Positions 14,297 to 26,203 of a stretch of 60,220 nucleotides of DNA are shown one piece after another. This stretch comes from Sporopachydermia quercuum (taxonomy: Eukaryota): the NCBI GenBank assembly GCA_001599295.1, contig BCGN01000008.1, positions 1,240,001 to 1,300,220 of the forward strand, written 5' to 3'. A program made the translations under genes and the position numbers. Within the stretch, counting starts at the first letter, position 1. The number at the start of each line of letters is the position of its first letter. The notes under the pieces are model-generated. The model saw only the letters and a list, made by a program, of their open reading frames with translations. It was not told where the DNA came from and ran no database searches.

Positions 14297-15748
14297 ATGA
14301 GTTTGGATTCAAGCAAATATATACCAACAATTGATGTAAGTATAAGCTTTGGTTCTATAGGGTTGAATAGTTCAGTAGAATTATTCTGTAAAATAACGCT
14401 ATGGATAATACTGAATTTGTATAATTTATGTGGAATTAACAAATTATTCACAGGCAATTTTGCAGGTATCAGATTTACAGGTTGTTACTGCGAAAAGGAT
14501 ACGAAACTCGTTACAGGAATTGTTTGGAGTTGATTTGAACCCATTTAAAGTAAGTTGAGATTTTAGATGAGAAGAAGGCCAGAAACAGGGGATGGAGGTT
14601 CCCCATTTTTTGAATTTAATATAAACACGGCTGTGGAGATTCACGGAATAGGTAGGATGTATTTCATAACTGAACCCAAGTCTCAAAACTCGGAATCCTT
14701 CCCTTCAGATTCTAACTTTGTGCTTAGGATGAAATAAACCAAGTAGTATTATCCCGATTTCATCTTCTACTAAACAAACGGAAAGAAGAAGAAGAGAAAA
14801 GAAAATTAGAGAGCAAATCCGATGCTGACTCCGTATCCGAAGCCGAGGATGATATCGAATCCGATGGTTATGCCGATCCTACTAATGAAGGTACCAAAAA
14901 AGGAAGAAAAAAGATCCCGGCAATTGTTCGGAGACAACCGGGAATAACAAAACATAATACTACAAAAAAGAAGTCAAAAGCAGATTTAGAAGCGGAAGAT
15001 AAACTAATGGCTGAAAGGCTACATGCCACAATGAATGGTCCACAGTTAAGGTCAGAACGAGTCAGCCAACGGAATGGAACAAGAGCACCGAAAAAGCGGA
15101 TAAAGAACCGGAAGAAGTCGGTTAAAAAGTCTTCGGATTTTGTGTCCGATGATGACGAAACCGGAAGTAATTCCGAATCTCGATCTGATGTCGAACCAGC
15201 AGAACCAGTGAAAAAGAAAAGAGGAGGTTTACAACAGCCATTAAAACTGTCACCGCCACTAGCAGAATTTATCGGAGAAGATGAAATGAGCCGACCACAA
15301 ATTGTTAGTAGGATTTGGGATCACGTGAAACGGAATGAGCTGCAAAATCCTGCTGATAAGCGGGAGATTTTGTGCGATGAGAAATTAAAGCCGATTTTCG
15401 GTGATAGTAAGCATTATTTGATTTAGAGGTTGCTGTATAATAAGGGATTTGGATGATTTTGGTACCTTCGGTATCTTTTTTCTCAACATGAATTGGGTGT
15501 TATTGGTGAGAAATATTTTATTTTAGTATTTGAAACGTCAAATTCGGAATTGTAACATTTCAACTGCAGACATTGAATTCTCATTTGTCTCCCATTTTCC
15601 TGCTTTCCTCTTTCACCCTATGTTTCCCCAGCACCTCATCACTTTCTTCTTTCACTTTACTAACAGAAACTGCACAGAGGTGAATATGTTTCAAATGAAC
15701 AAAATATTAGCTAAACATGTTTATAAACCTGATGAAGTGATTTCATAA
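14297..15748 (+). CDS. DEK-C + SWIB/MDM2 domain protein (Tri1/Uaf30 family); exons 14297-14335, 14454-14549, 14728-15406, 15678-15748; 294 aa
   Basis: Splicing at GTAAGT/GTAAGT/GTAAGC donors, branch sites ATTAAC/TTCTAAC/TACTAAC and YAG acceptors gives an in-frame protein: YIPTIDAILQVSDLQVVTAKRIRNSLQELFGVDL (DEK-C) ... LSPPLAEFIG...RPQIVSRIWDHVKRNELQNPADKREILCDEKLKPIFGDKVNMFQMNKILAKH (SWIB). Confidence 0.88.
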
Positions 15749-16997
15749 TAGTGATGAACATTTCTTGCTTTTCACTATGATTTTGGTGGAACTTATATAT
15801 TATTCAAAGGGGGTGTTATATATATTATGGTAATGGTAATGGTATTGGTGTTATGATTTGTTACGCAGTTTAGTATAGTGGTATGCTTTAGTAACAAGAT
15901 CTTACTGAGATAAGAATAAATGTTTACAGCAACGTAATTAGTGTCTAGGAGGGTACAGGTGGTAGTAATGATTGGTTTTCAAAATTCTTGTATCAATACT
16001 GCTGACTCAGCTCTTATTGTTAAGCCAGTGACAGGATCTTTTAATGTATGGAATACCATATCTTTCTTGATAGCATTAATAACATCAATTTAGACAGCAG
16101 GAGTCCTGACATTAACAAGCATTTTATTCTACTGATATGGCTAAAGATGACCCATAGTACTATTTATAATTGATGACTATCTGTAGTAGTCTACAAGTCG
16201 AACAGCACTGGGAAGTAATAAAAATAGACAATTGGGTGTCTCCTGGTATTATCGTTGCTAGTTATCATTAAGCTATCGTAGGAAGCCAGTAAATTGTAGT
16301 GGAAGACAAGAATGGGCATTGTTGTAATGGCTTGAATTAATGTAAGGTCTATCTCTTTGCTGCTATAATATAAAAGAATTCACTGCAATAACTAAAAAAA
16401 CGTTGAAATCAAAATAAAATAAAAAAGAATGATGGTGTGGATAATCATAGATAGCGATTGTTTAGCTCTCCATTATTGCAAGATACTATTCAACCGTAAG
16501 TAGTGCAAAACTGGAATGACAGAAAACAGCATAATCTCCGGTTTCAATATCTTACGAAATCAATATAGCTGAATCATTCACCATTATTATTTCCGTTACT
16601 TAATGCATATTACACGCATCTTCATGCATCTCCTCCCTTTTGTTAAAGACTTTATCTTGCAAGTTTACAAAATCGTGTGTAACCTCTTTGTTTCATGTTC
16701 AATTTATAACGACACACACTTTCATTATCCAAACAAATGATTATTTTGATCTCGGATCGCATTTTATATTAAGAAGACATAAGGACATCTTCTGATACAT
16801 TGAACGTTTTTTACACCTCGGTACCTAATATTTTCAACGTTTGGTATTGGATTCATTGTCGGATCAACCAAGTCTCATCTATCTTGTGTGCATACTTTGA
16901 TTTACCATTACATTCAATTCCGAGTCTAACCGAAATCGGAACCACCTGCACTTGATCCTTTCATAGGTATCTTTGTGACTTGCTGTCGTTGTGGAAA

Positions 16998-19900
16998 ATG
17001 ACCCAAAGAGATAATCCGAGGCCTCATCTTCGGACAGAATCGCAATCAAGCCCGTCATCTCCAATTGCTACCTACAACAGACCCCAGTCTCAACAGTTTA
17101 TAAATGCAAAGTCCCAGTGCAATTCCGAGTCTGTATTTAAATCGTACGCAAACTCAACACGGAGTTTCACTTCCGAATCCTCTCCAATTCCAGAAGCGAC
17201 TTCTGATCCCGAACTCAAAGAGTATCTTTTCCGAGCTGCAGTTTTACACTATAGAACTGAACGGAGATTTCTGGAAGCTGCTAGAGCCGATCGGCTGTTT
17301 CGAACCGAGTTCCGGAACTCGGTGGCGTCATATTCCAGTAATTCCTCTTTTGAAGGTTTAGGAGGTTCCGGTTCGGCAACTTTTTCTGGTAACGGGGGCT
17401 CTTCAGGAACCAATTCCTCCACATCCGAAAGTTTCCGATTACCAGATACTTGGTTNTCTGATATAAAACCGGCAATTGAGTCAATTATCATCCGGTCTGA
17501 TGAGAGATATGCCTCTTTTTATTCCGATGATTTCCTCCGTGAATCTTTCAAGTTATTCTTTAACAAATGTTTAGGCTTTTCTCCCGCACAGCTGATAGAT
17601 AATTCTAGTGCGAAGACTTTAACAGTGATGTTTTTGGGTTGTGGCAAATCCGCGTTGGCCCGTGTTTCTCCGGTTAATGGAGCCCCTCCAGAACCAGAAA
17701 GTGTGATTTTGTCTCGCTTTGGGGCAGATTTTTTCCGGTTTTTGGCCAAAGTTTATGAACTTCGGAACATCAAAAAACACGAAAGGCTTGTTCAAACTTT
17801 ACGATCGGCAATTTCCCCTGATGGCAAGTGTATTGTTATTCCCGGAATGAATACTTCGGATTTAATTGGAAACACGATCTCTCGACCTCATTTCCGTTTT
17901 AAAGATATGTATCTGTTAACTTTGATTGACGAACTGTATAATGGAAATATCAAAGTTGACATGAAACGGCTTCGGGAAGATGCCACACCGGAAACTTATG
18001 TTACCGATTTAGACAGAATTGAAGCACAGCTAAGTACTGATCAATATATAGGGCTAAGTCCTGTGGCTTATGCGGACATATTACAATATCGAGTGGCGAA
18101 ACAAACAGAGTTGGAAGCAGTACGGAGAATTTCGGAAGAATATGGAGAGTTTATTATTGGAAAACGGGGTAAAATAGGTACAAAACTTTGGCCTTACTAC
18201 TTTATCCCCGCTGACTCTCGGAACCTTATGGCAGCACTAATAACTTTATGTTTAAAAAGGGTAAAAGAGTTACAGACAATAGGGGAATTACGTAGTGGAG
18301 AAATATTACCGAAGAAGTATGTGGAGTTAATCAAAACTGTGGGGCAAATATGGAGGATAAGTTCGGTTACATGCGGGGTAATATTTGTGCAAATCGCTTA
18401 CTCGGAGTTTCTCCGCATTGACACATCAATCAGCTCCGAGGTTACAGCCGGGTTTGACCGCATTCAAACTGTTTTTGAGATTCTTCATGATATCGTGCCT
18501 GATTCGGAATGGGATTACTATGCCTGGCAAGAAGCGGATAAAGAAATCCATAAGCGGAATCTTTTGCGGGTCTATTATCGCATCTGTAAAGTTCTTCGCC
18601 TTCGGATGAAGACGTTATTCTTAAGGGAAACTGGAGGTGTGACAAAACGGAAGATTTCAGATGAAGAAATTCAGATGGCTAACAGTATCTATGAATTAGA
18701 ATTTGAACCTGATGTCGCAATAGGAGAAATAAAAGAGGAAGTTACTAATAAAGGGTTTTTAACAAACATAGCTATGGAAATAAACGTTGCGGCAATTGAA
18801 CTTTATAATAAAGTTAGAAACCAGATATCCCGGGGACATCCGAACTTGTCACAAATAGATGACTTTTTAGTTAAAATTTACTCCGAGTTGAAATTCGTTA
18901 AGTCAAACATGAGGTCCCCGGTTTTAGGATTGTTCTCAATATCTGAAATCGTGATTATCCGATTAGTCCCTTATCTTTTCCGGGATCTCTACGCGATGCT
19001 TCAAGCTGTTAAACAATTACATTCCGAGATGTCGCCTGAAGCTTCCGCTTCTTTACCTGATTCGGAAGTCATATGCTGGGAGAACCTTAAATCAATGTTC
19101 TTCGATGTGCGGGATTTATCGCAACAATTTATGACCGCTCTAGAGAAAAATAAGAGGAACAATTACTCGGAACAAACCGGATCCGATTTCAAACTCTATC
19201 AAACCCGTTTGCTCCGTTTGTTGTTTACGATTATACTTGATTGGGTAAACGGATCTAGAGATAGCGTATTAACCTCGGTACAAGCTTTGACCCGTTCAGA
19301 GGACTTCCAGCCAGTAGATTTACCAAATGATTTACTATTTTCCTCTTCGGCGAAACAACTCATGATAACTGTTTTTACCCGTGTGGAAGAACTAGAGAAA
19401 GTCAATTGGCCCGAGAAAGCGGAAGCTTCGGAACTAATGAAATGCCGGCTCCGGGATATCTCGGATGGATTATTCCGTTACTTGGACTTCCTAGAATCCC
19501 AGTTCAATACTGATTTCGATGCAAGCAAACCAACGTCATCGGAGAATATCGGTTCTCGTGATGCTATGGATATGTTACGTCGGATGCTAACCCGGAGGGA
19601 AACGGAGCTAGGAGTAGTGGAAGAGACAAAAATTTTCAAATCGGAACTTTTCGTGGAAATGAATAACGTTCATTTTTTACTAGAGAAGTTTGATGAGTTG
19701 GAACTGCGTGTGAAACCGGGAGAAATTGATGCTCTTATAGGTAATAATAGAAATGAAATGGAAAGTGATCGGAACAGTCGAAACAATAAAAATGAGAGGT
19801 CCAAATTAGGAGAGGGGAAAACTACATGGTATCTCAAAGTCATCCGAGCGGAAAACTTGAAAAAAGCTGATAATGGAGAATTACCCGACGCAAACGTTAT

Positions 19901-20990
19901 GATCAGAACCTTTACGGGGAACTCTAAATTAGGGGAAACATCGGTCCAACCTCGAACCACTGATCCGGTTTGGGACGAAAGTTTTGAATTTGTATCAGCA
20001 AATAACCAACGCGAAACTTTGATGATTAGAGTGTGGGTTAAGAATGCTATCTGGGGACATTGCCAACGGGAACTTGACCCAAAAGAGCTGTCGGAAGAAC
20101 CTCGGCAATTCTGGCTAAACCTTAATCCTCAAGGCCGAATCTTAATTGTATTAAGTGGAGAAATGGAAAAAGATTCCGCGGTTTACTACATGGGTAAATG
20201 TTTCCGAATGCTAGTGAAATTAGAAGACAAAATGGTCAGTGAAGTTGTTGACAAATTTGAATCCGATATTCGGAGAATCATCACGGAAAAAAATATCAAA
20301 ACTATAATTCCAGAAAAGGAAAGCACAGTGGAGTTTGTCGGAAAGCTTTACCGCAAGTGGAATCTTAATTCCGAGAATTCCATCGACCCGGAAAGTGCAG
20401 GAGAAGAATTCATTGAACCATTGATTTCGTATATAATTCAGAACTTTGTGGTAATGAGCAAATACCTCGGAGATGGTTTGTATCAGAGATTAGTTCTCTC
20501 GGTATGGGATTTGATTCTCTCGGCATTAGTTGCTGTTGCTGTTCCGAGCTTGTATGAACAAGGGATAGAAAAGGCCCCGTTAACAGATGCCCAATTGAAT
20601 GTCATTAAGATTTGGCGAGACCAGTTCCGAGACATGTTCCGAGATGGCGATATTCCTGAAAACCAGTTGAAGGATCGGAAGAGCTATCGAGAACTTGATT
20701 TAGTGTTATTTCAGTATTTTGCATCGCCTGGACATCTGAAAGCTGAGATGGAACAGCATGAAATGAGACGGCTTCGGAAGAGACAGGAACATGGAGGAGG
20801 AGTCCAAGATATGATTGCGCGCAGAAATACAGTTTTGGGACACCGGAATCGTCGGGTACTCAAAGTTCAAGAGAGCCAAATAGCGGAAGCAGAAGAAATA
20901 ATCACTGAAGAGAATGTGTTATTAAGGTTATTGTTATTAAAAGGAGAGGAAGATTACGTTCGGCAAAAGTTACGCAGTCGTAACAGATAG
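16998..20990 (+). CDS. Fungal Munc13-homology (MUN/MHD) + C2 domain protein (YOR296W/Ync13-like)
   Basis: About 1330-aa helical protein with a C2 domain (LKVIRAENLKKADNGELPDANVMI...GETSVQPRTTDPVWDESFEF) flanked by MHD-like helical regions (FSSSAKQL; IEPLISYIIQNFVVM). First ATG is at 16998; the track start is TTG. Confidence 0.75.
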   Translation: MTQRDNPRPHLRTESQSSPSSPIATYNRPQSQQFINAKSQCNSESVFKSYANSTRSFTSESSPIPEATSDPELKEYLFRAAVLHYRTERRFLEAARADRLFRTEFRNSVASYSSNSSFEGLGGSGSATFSGNGGSSGTNSSTSESFRLPDTWXSDIKPAIESIIIRSDERYASFYSDDFLRESFKLFFNKCLGFSPAQLIDNSSAKTLTVMFLGCGKSALARVSPVNGAPPEPESVILSRFGADFFRFLAKVYELRNIKKHERLVQTLRSAISPDGKCIVIPGMNTSDLIGNTISRPHFRFKDMYLLTLIDELYNGNIKVDMKRLREDATPETYVTDLDRIEAQLSTDQYIGLSPVAYADILQYRVAKQTELEAVRRISEEYGEFIIGKRGKIGTKLWPYYFIPADSRNLMAALITLCLKRVKELQTIGELRSGEILPKKYVELIKTVGQIWRISSVTCGVIFVQIAYSEFLRIDTSISSEVTAGFDRIQTVFEILHDIVPDSEWDYYAWQEADKEIHKRNLLRVYYRICKVLRLRMKTLFLRETGGVTKRKISDEEIQMANSIYELEFEPDVAIGEIKEEVTNKGFLTNIAMEINVAAIELYNKVRNQISRGHPNLSQIDDFLVKIYSELKFVKSNMRSPVLGLFSISEIVIIRLVPYLFRDLYAMLQAVKQLHSEMSPEASASLPDSEVICWENLKSMFFDVRDLSQQFMTALEKNKRNNYSEQTGSDFKLYQTRLLRLLFTIILDWVNGSRDSVLTSVQALTRSEDFQPVDLPNDLLFSSSAKQLMITVFTRVEELEKVNWPEKAEASELMKCRLRDISDGLFRYLDFLESQFNTDFDASKPTSSENIGSRDAMDMLRRMLTRRETELGVVEETKIFKSELFVEMNNVHFLLEKFDELELRVKPGEIDALIGNNRNEMESDRNSRNNKNERSKLGEGKTTWYLKVIRAENLKKADNGELPDANVMIRTFTGNSKLGETSVQPRTTDPVWDESFEFVSANNQRETLMIRVWVKNAIWGHCQRELDPKELSEEPRQFWLNLNPQGRILIVLSGEMEKDSAVYYMGKCFRMLVKLEDKMVSEVVDKFESDIRRIITEKNIKTIIPEKESTVEFVGKLYRKWNLNSENSIDPESAGEEFIEPLISYIIQNFVVMSKYLGDGLYQRLVLSVWDLILSALVAVAVPSLYEQGIEKAPLTDAQLNVIKIWRDQFRDMFRDGDIPENQLKDRKSYRELDLVLFQYFASPGHLKAEMEQHEMRRLRKRQEHGGGVQDMIARRNTVLGHRNRRVLKVQESQIAEAEEIITEENVLLRLLLLKGEEDYVRQKLRSRNR

Positions 20991-22274
20991 CGAGATATAT
21001 AATAGATGTGAAACTGAAATAGAAAGCGGAAAATATAGCAAAGAAAAGCTCGGTACTATATTGAATTAACGGAGATAATTATAATAATGATGAGAGAATT
21101 GATAAAGGGGAGGGAAATAGAGTTGTGAGATTGAGATTAACGTTTGAATAGAAGCTACTCGATTAGGTAATTATTATAAAGATAAACTTTTAACTTTGGA
21201 TTGAGTTAATGGGGTATGTTATTAGAGATGTAGTGTTATAGTAGACAATTACTTATATACTTGATATGTTGAAAGAGGACAAGAGATACGTATAATATAG
21301 TTATATAAGTGATATGACAGAACAATGTCATCTACTAATCCAATCCTAATCTATTATTGACAGGCTAAAATGTCATCGAGTTACAGTTTATTGTGCCTGA
21401 CATGTAAGATGTTAATATCCATGCAGTTTGTCATGCTGAGTAGGATTATAATAGAACAAGCCTTAACTTTGTCTGAAATAGAACTTCAAAAATGCTTTCA
21501 TGTCTGAATTTAGCTTGATGCAGTATTGTTATTTTCGTTCAGGATTGGTGAGGTCTATGACGTATCATCGCAGTTGCCATGCTTGCATAACCCTATGAAA
21601 ACCTTACTTAAAAAATACTTATTATTACTCAAGTAAAGCAATATTACTTATTGTGAACCTATTGTCAAGACTACAAAAAGCCTTGCAATATGGAGTAATC
21701 TTACTTTGAATATTAAGTACAATAACCCAATTCATGCCCTACAACAAAAATAACCAATACAATCACCGCATTCTCAATCCCTGTTTAATCAATTAAACTG
21801 TCAAATTCATAAGTTCATGCATATTTTGATTACTTACGCATATATGTGGTCAAACTTGTAGCTATCTTATCCATCAGATTACGTAATCTTTTTAACTTTT
21901 CCATCACCCCACATTGGGAAATGTGTAAATACATCTAGATTTTCATACAATTAAACAAATATCGCAACTTGTTTCTTTCTATTTCATTATGTCCATCATA
22001 TTACTTTTCTTACAATATTTGTTCTTCACTCTGCTCACTTTTTACAATTCAAGGGAATTTCCTCTTTGTGTTGAACTAGCACAATTGCGATTGTGTCGTT
22101 GAATTATAATTTTAAAAGAGCCATCGTGATTGTAATCAGTAGCAAACTGGGAAGATACAAACACGAGAATTGGTGATACACATATCAAATAGAGAAATTT
22201 GCAAGACATTCTACAAATACGAGAATATAATCGGAAGGGAATAGGAACATACTACAGTTAAAAAGCCATGAAAT

Positions 22275-24047
22275 ATGATCCGAATGTCGGAAAATTTGGC
22301 ATATGATATACACCGAGACAGATTTCGGAAAGATGAAGATGACGATGATGATGNTGAAAATTGGTTCCGAAATGAAGAAATTATATCTGAGAGAGTTTTG
22401 AATGAACTAGATAGTAATAAAGGAGAAGAAAATGGAACGATGGTAGAAACTGGGAATAATATGAAAAAAATAGCCAAAAACAAAGCTTCCAATAGACCGA
22501 GAAAATCAACTCGAAGTTCTCTGAGGAAGAAATCTCGAACCTTCCAAATGGCCCCTGAACTTCAACATAAACCATCAATAATAAGTGCTTCGGGCATACC
22601 AATCCTGGATCATCCGAAACTTGATGAGTTAGATAAACAACTGACATCATTTCCGTTGGCGCCTCCCGCTGCAGTGAAGCGGAGTTCCCAAGCCGAAGCG
22701 GAGTTTGATGGAGATTCCGACTATGGTGGGGAAATAACTGTTGTTGATATTCAGCAAGCGGCTTTAGAACAACTGGCGAGATCGGAATCTGATGAGACAG
22801 AATCGATAGCGAATGGGGGGTTTGACACAAAAACGGATTGGGAACCCGAAGCGGGATTACAAAGAGAAAGAATGGCGGAAGGGGAAACAGAGTTTAATGA
22901 GAATATGCAGTTTCTGTCACTACTAGATGCAGAATTAACACCTAGACGGGAGAAAAAGCCAAACCGAAGAGATGTGAATGATGTTACTACCAGATCCAAG
23001 TCAGGAAAAGATGCCGCAGTTTTCAAATACGACGAGATAATCCTAATTGAGAACTATTTTTATCAATTCGGTAAAGACACGAACTCAAAGAGACCGTTTC
23101 GACAAAAATTACTTGACATGATCACTTCTTTACTCAATCTGGAAACTCATACTTCAACTTTATTACCCGCCCTGCCGCAAATTCCGTCTTCGGATGAAAG
23201 CATTGGCATCTTTCCTTCCCCTTCTGGGTGCTCTCTTGCTTCCGAGCTATCTAGTTTCGCCTTTCCTGTGACCCAGAAGCAACCTTCGGTATTGCACAGT
23301 CAGTCAATATCCGCTTCCGGCCCCGATTTTGAGGCTAATCGGCTTTTGTGTTGTTTAATGTGCCGTAAACCTTTATATGAATTTAGCACCCATTTTTGTC
23401 ATTCTTCACAGTTATCTTTAAATTCTATTGATGATTTACAGTTCATATGTTCTACGTGTTTGGAAGAGTATGATGTGTTAGTGTCAGCATTTGAGGTGTA
23501 TATGGGAAGTGATTTTATGTATTCAGAGAATGGAAACAGAAGCGAAAATGGATTGCTTATTGGTGTAGTAGATCCCGACATATTGTTACTGTTAGGAATG
23601 AAAGATGAGTCTGAAAAAAGGATAACAGATAATACCACAAAAGATATCGGAGGCAAACGGAATATAAGTGACGTTTCAAAGTTGACTACTTCCGGTTATT
23701 CCGAGCAGTCAAATTCAAGCACCGGTTTCAACAACNACTCCAACGACGATGAATTTACTGAGTTGAGTACCGATAATCATGTGGTGAGTCCCGAATTACT
23801 ACAGAAATTGCATGGTTACTTAATTCCGAGCTCCCGGAAGAACTCGGATGCAAATTTCGAATCTAACTTATCTTCCAAGTCTAATATGTCTGGCGTTATT
23901 TCTTCCTATGATCAATACCTATATATAAGGAAACATTATCAACAGCTATCCGATATCTTTTCTGAAGTTCATCGGAAGTTGAGATGGAGATGGCGGCTTA
24001 AAGGGTTAATTAGAATCCCAAAAAATTCTAGATCATGTAATATATAA
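22275..24047 (+). CDS. Hypothetical protein, 590 aa, with a putative zinc-binding motif
   Basis: Long ORF; CLMC...(~27 aa)...CSTC pair; basic/aromatic C-terminal KLRWRWRLKGL; otherwise low complexity. Confidence 0.7.
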   Translation: MIRMSENLAYDIHRDRFRKDEDDDDDXENWFRNEEIISERVLNELDSNKGEENGTMVETGNNMKKIAKNKASNRPRKSTRSSLRKKSRTFQMAPELQHKPSIISASGIPILDHPKLDELDKQLTSFPLAPPAAVKRSSQAEAEFDGDSDYGGEITVVDIQQAALEQLARSESDETESIANGGFDTKTDWEPEAGLQRERMAEGETEFNENMQFLSLLDAELTPRREKKPNRRDVNDVTTRSKSGKDAAVFKYDEIILIENYFYQFGKDTNSKRPFRQKLLDMITSLLNLETHTSTLLPALPQIPSSDESIGIFPSPSGCSLASELSSFAFPVTQKQPSVLHSQSISASGPDFEANRLLCCLMCRKPLYEFSTHFCHSSQLSLNSIDDLQFICSTCLEEYDVLVSAFEVYMGSDFMYSENGNRSENGLLIGVVDPDILLLLGMKDESEKRITDNTTKDIGGKRNISDVSKLTTSGYSEQSNSSTGFNNXSNDDEFTELSTDNHVVSPELLQKLHGYLIPSSRKNSDANFESNLSSKSNMSGVISSYDQYLYIRKHYQQLSDIFSEVHRKLRWRWRLKGLIRIPKNSRSCNI

Positions 24048-24383
24048 TTATTTAGTATGGGCAATAGTTTATAAGGGCAATGGAATTGGTTTTTTTGTAT
24101 GGTTTTATCTTAAGGTAAACCGGAAATGATAGTAGATAGTAATATAAAATAGGGTAAGAAGTGAAATTTCGGAGAAGTTCTCGATGTTGGGTATTGAAGC
24201 ATTATCCTATATATGACAGCGTTACAGAGTTGGTTTGCTTGAGTTGATCTTACTTTTGCATGAGGTGAATAAGAATATAGGGAAAACGTTCTTTGCTAGT
24301 TTCAATACTACCTGTTTTCACTCGACCTTATTCGATTTATTCTGCCTCTATTTCGACTTTATTTCGCTTCTTCTCTAACTCTA

Positions 24384-25748
24384 TTACGTAAAAGTGCTCA
24401 AGAACTTCTTCACGTTCTCCACATCATCCTTTTCATACAACCCCACTTTCCCTTGCCATTTTCCTTTACCCCCACCTTTCACATTGCTAATTATTCCAGT
24501 TATTCCCTTGGCAACCGCTTCAGTTTCATCTCCTGCAATAATGATTGCTCCACCATTTTTCCCTTCTCCGCACATTAATACTACTGTGCCATTTCCAGCG
24601 TTGAGCTGCAACGCTTTATGAACCGCCATCAAATATGCAAGATCGCCATTTGACTTGTATAACAATTGCGGGGTATTTTCTGCTTTCAATGCTTGTTTAA
24701 TCTTTTCTGCTTCTAATCCCGCTAACTCAAACGTCAATGCTTTATCTTTGGTGTTTAATTTCCTCAAATCCAATGCCAAATTATCAACCTTCTCTTCAAT
24801 TTCATCTGCTTGGCATGATAATTTGCTGTTCAAAGCTCTTATAGTACGACTGTAGCTGACAGTATATTTAAACAGTCGATCCCCGCATAAAAAATGGACT
24901 CTAGAGTTTGAACCTTTCCCTGAAGATTGGTACAATAAAGCTACTGATCCAATGGAAGCGGTTGATTTTAAATGAGTTCCGCAGCATGGATTAGCATCTA
25001 AGTTGCCGATATGAACGATCCTCATTACACCATGGGAGAAGTCGTAATTGTCTGGAAGTTTAGCAAACTTCCCCTTATGGAGTGAATGATCCGGTATATC
25101 TGGGAGCTCTACCGTAATAGGCAAGTTTTCCCTAATATGTTTATTGCATTTGGCTGTCACAAACTCCATTTCTTCCTCTGTAATTATCCGAGGGAGTTCT
25201 ACATAAGTAGTGGAATCAGATGACATGCTCCAACTTAATGTTGGTAAGTCCATAGTATCAAAAACAGCCGATACAAGATGTTGACCAGTATGTTGCTGCA
25301 TGTGATCAAATCTTCTTGTCCAATTGACTTTCAGATTAACCGAGGTGTCCGCAGATAAGGGTTTGCTTACAATATGTTTAGCAGTTAACCCGTCACGGAA
25401 GACATACGACACGGAAATTGGTTCAGCAGATGTCTTTGAGTCCGATTCCGAGGGTGATGTCGAGATCGTCATTGTTCCGACGTCGGAAGGTTGACCACCG
25501 CCTTCAGGAAATAAAACTGTGTCATCAAGTACAACTTCATACAATGGTTCTTGATGATTTTGTTGAGCTTCACCGCTTGCATCTTTGGAATCCTTGCTTT
25601 TCTTACTCGCTTTCTTTTTAGGAACTTCAGGTTTTCTTTCGACACATTCAATAACTTTTGATGTGAATGTTTGTAGATAAGAGTCCTGTTGACAAGCAAG
25701 AAGTCCAACGACAGTCCCTTGAAAGGACTGAGTAGCAGTTGATGACAT
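24384..25748 (-). CDS. Free-standing alanyl-tRNA editing protein AlaX (YNL040W/AARSD1-like)
   Basis: DTVLFPEGGGQPSD, RRFDHMQQHTGQHLVSA (HxxxH), NPCCGTH (CxxxH) and C-terminal KGGGKGKWQGK; ATG at 25748. Confidence 0.92.
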   Translation of the reverse strand: MSSTATQSFQGTVVGLLACQQDSYLQTFTSKVIECVERKPEVPKKKASKKSKDSKDASGEAQQNHQEPLYEVVLDDTVLFPEGGGQPSDVGTMTISTSPSESDSKTSAEPISVSYVFRDGLTAKHIVSKPLSADTSVNLKVNWTRRFDHMQQHTGQHLVSAVFDTMDLPTLSWSMSSDSTTYVELPRIITEEEMEFVTAKCNKHIRENLPITVELPDIPDHSLHKGKFAKLPDNYDFSHGVMRIVHIGNLDANPCCGTHLKSTASIGSVALLYQSSGKGSNSRVHFLCGDRLFKYTVSYSRTIRALNSKLSCQADEIEEKVDNLALDLRKLNTKDKALTFELAGLEAEKIKQALKAENTPQLLYKSNGDLAYLMAVHKALQLNAGNGTVVLMCGEGKNGGAIIIAGDETEAVAKGITGIISNVKGGGKGKWQGKVGLYEKDDVENVKKFLSTFT

Positions 25749-26203
25749 TGTCAAAAGAAAAGAAGTAAAACAGAAAAGGAATGAGCGTGGTAATTGATAC
25801 TGTTACTGTTTGTGGTTCATCTGTTTTATATTTGTGATCGGTGAAGAAGAAAGTCAGAACAACCACACAACCAAAAATCATCAATTTCATGTTTCTAAAA
25901 CCGGAAACTATGTTTCCGTTCTATTATCATTTCCGAAATGTTTACCCAAGTTGAAATTGCCGGTTATTTGATTTAAATGCATAACCTTATCTTGCAAAGG
26001 ACGAGTATGCATTTAAATTGCATTTTGAAGGATGTTTGATAAGATCGTCAGTCATTATCCTTATTTTTCATATCAATTGTATGAGATGTATGATGAATTG
26101 CAATATTCTGATCTGAATCATATCTCTATGATTATAGCACTTTAATTGATTCTATTGAACTAAAGTCTGAGTCTTCTTTGACTGTCTCTGTTCTCTTTTT
26201 ACG

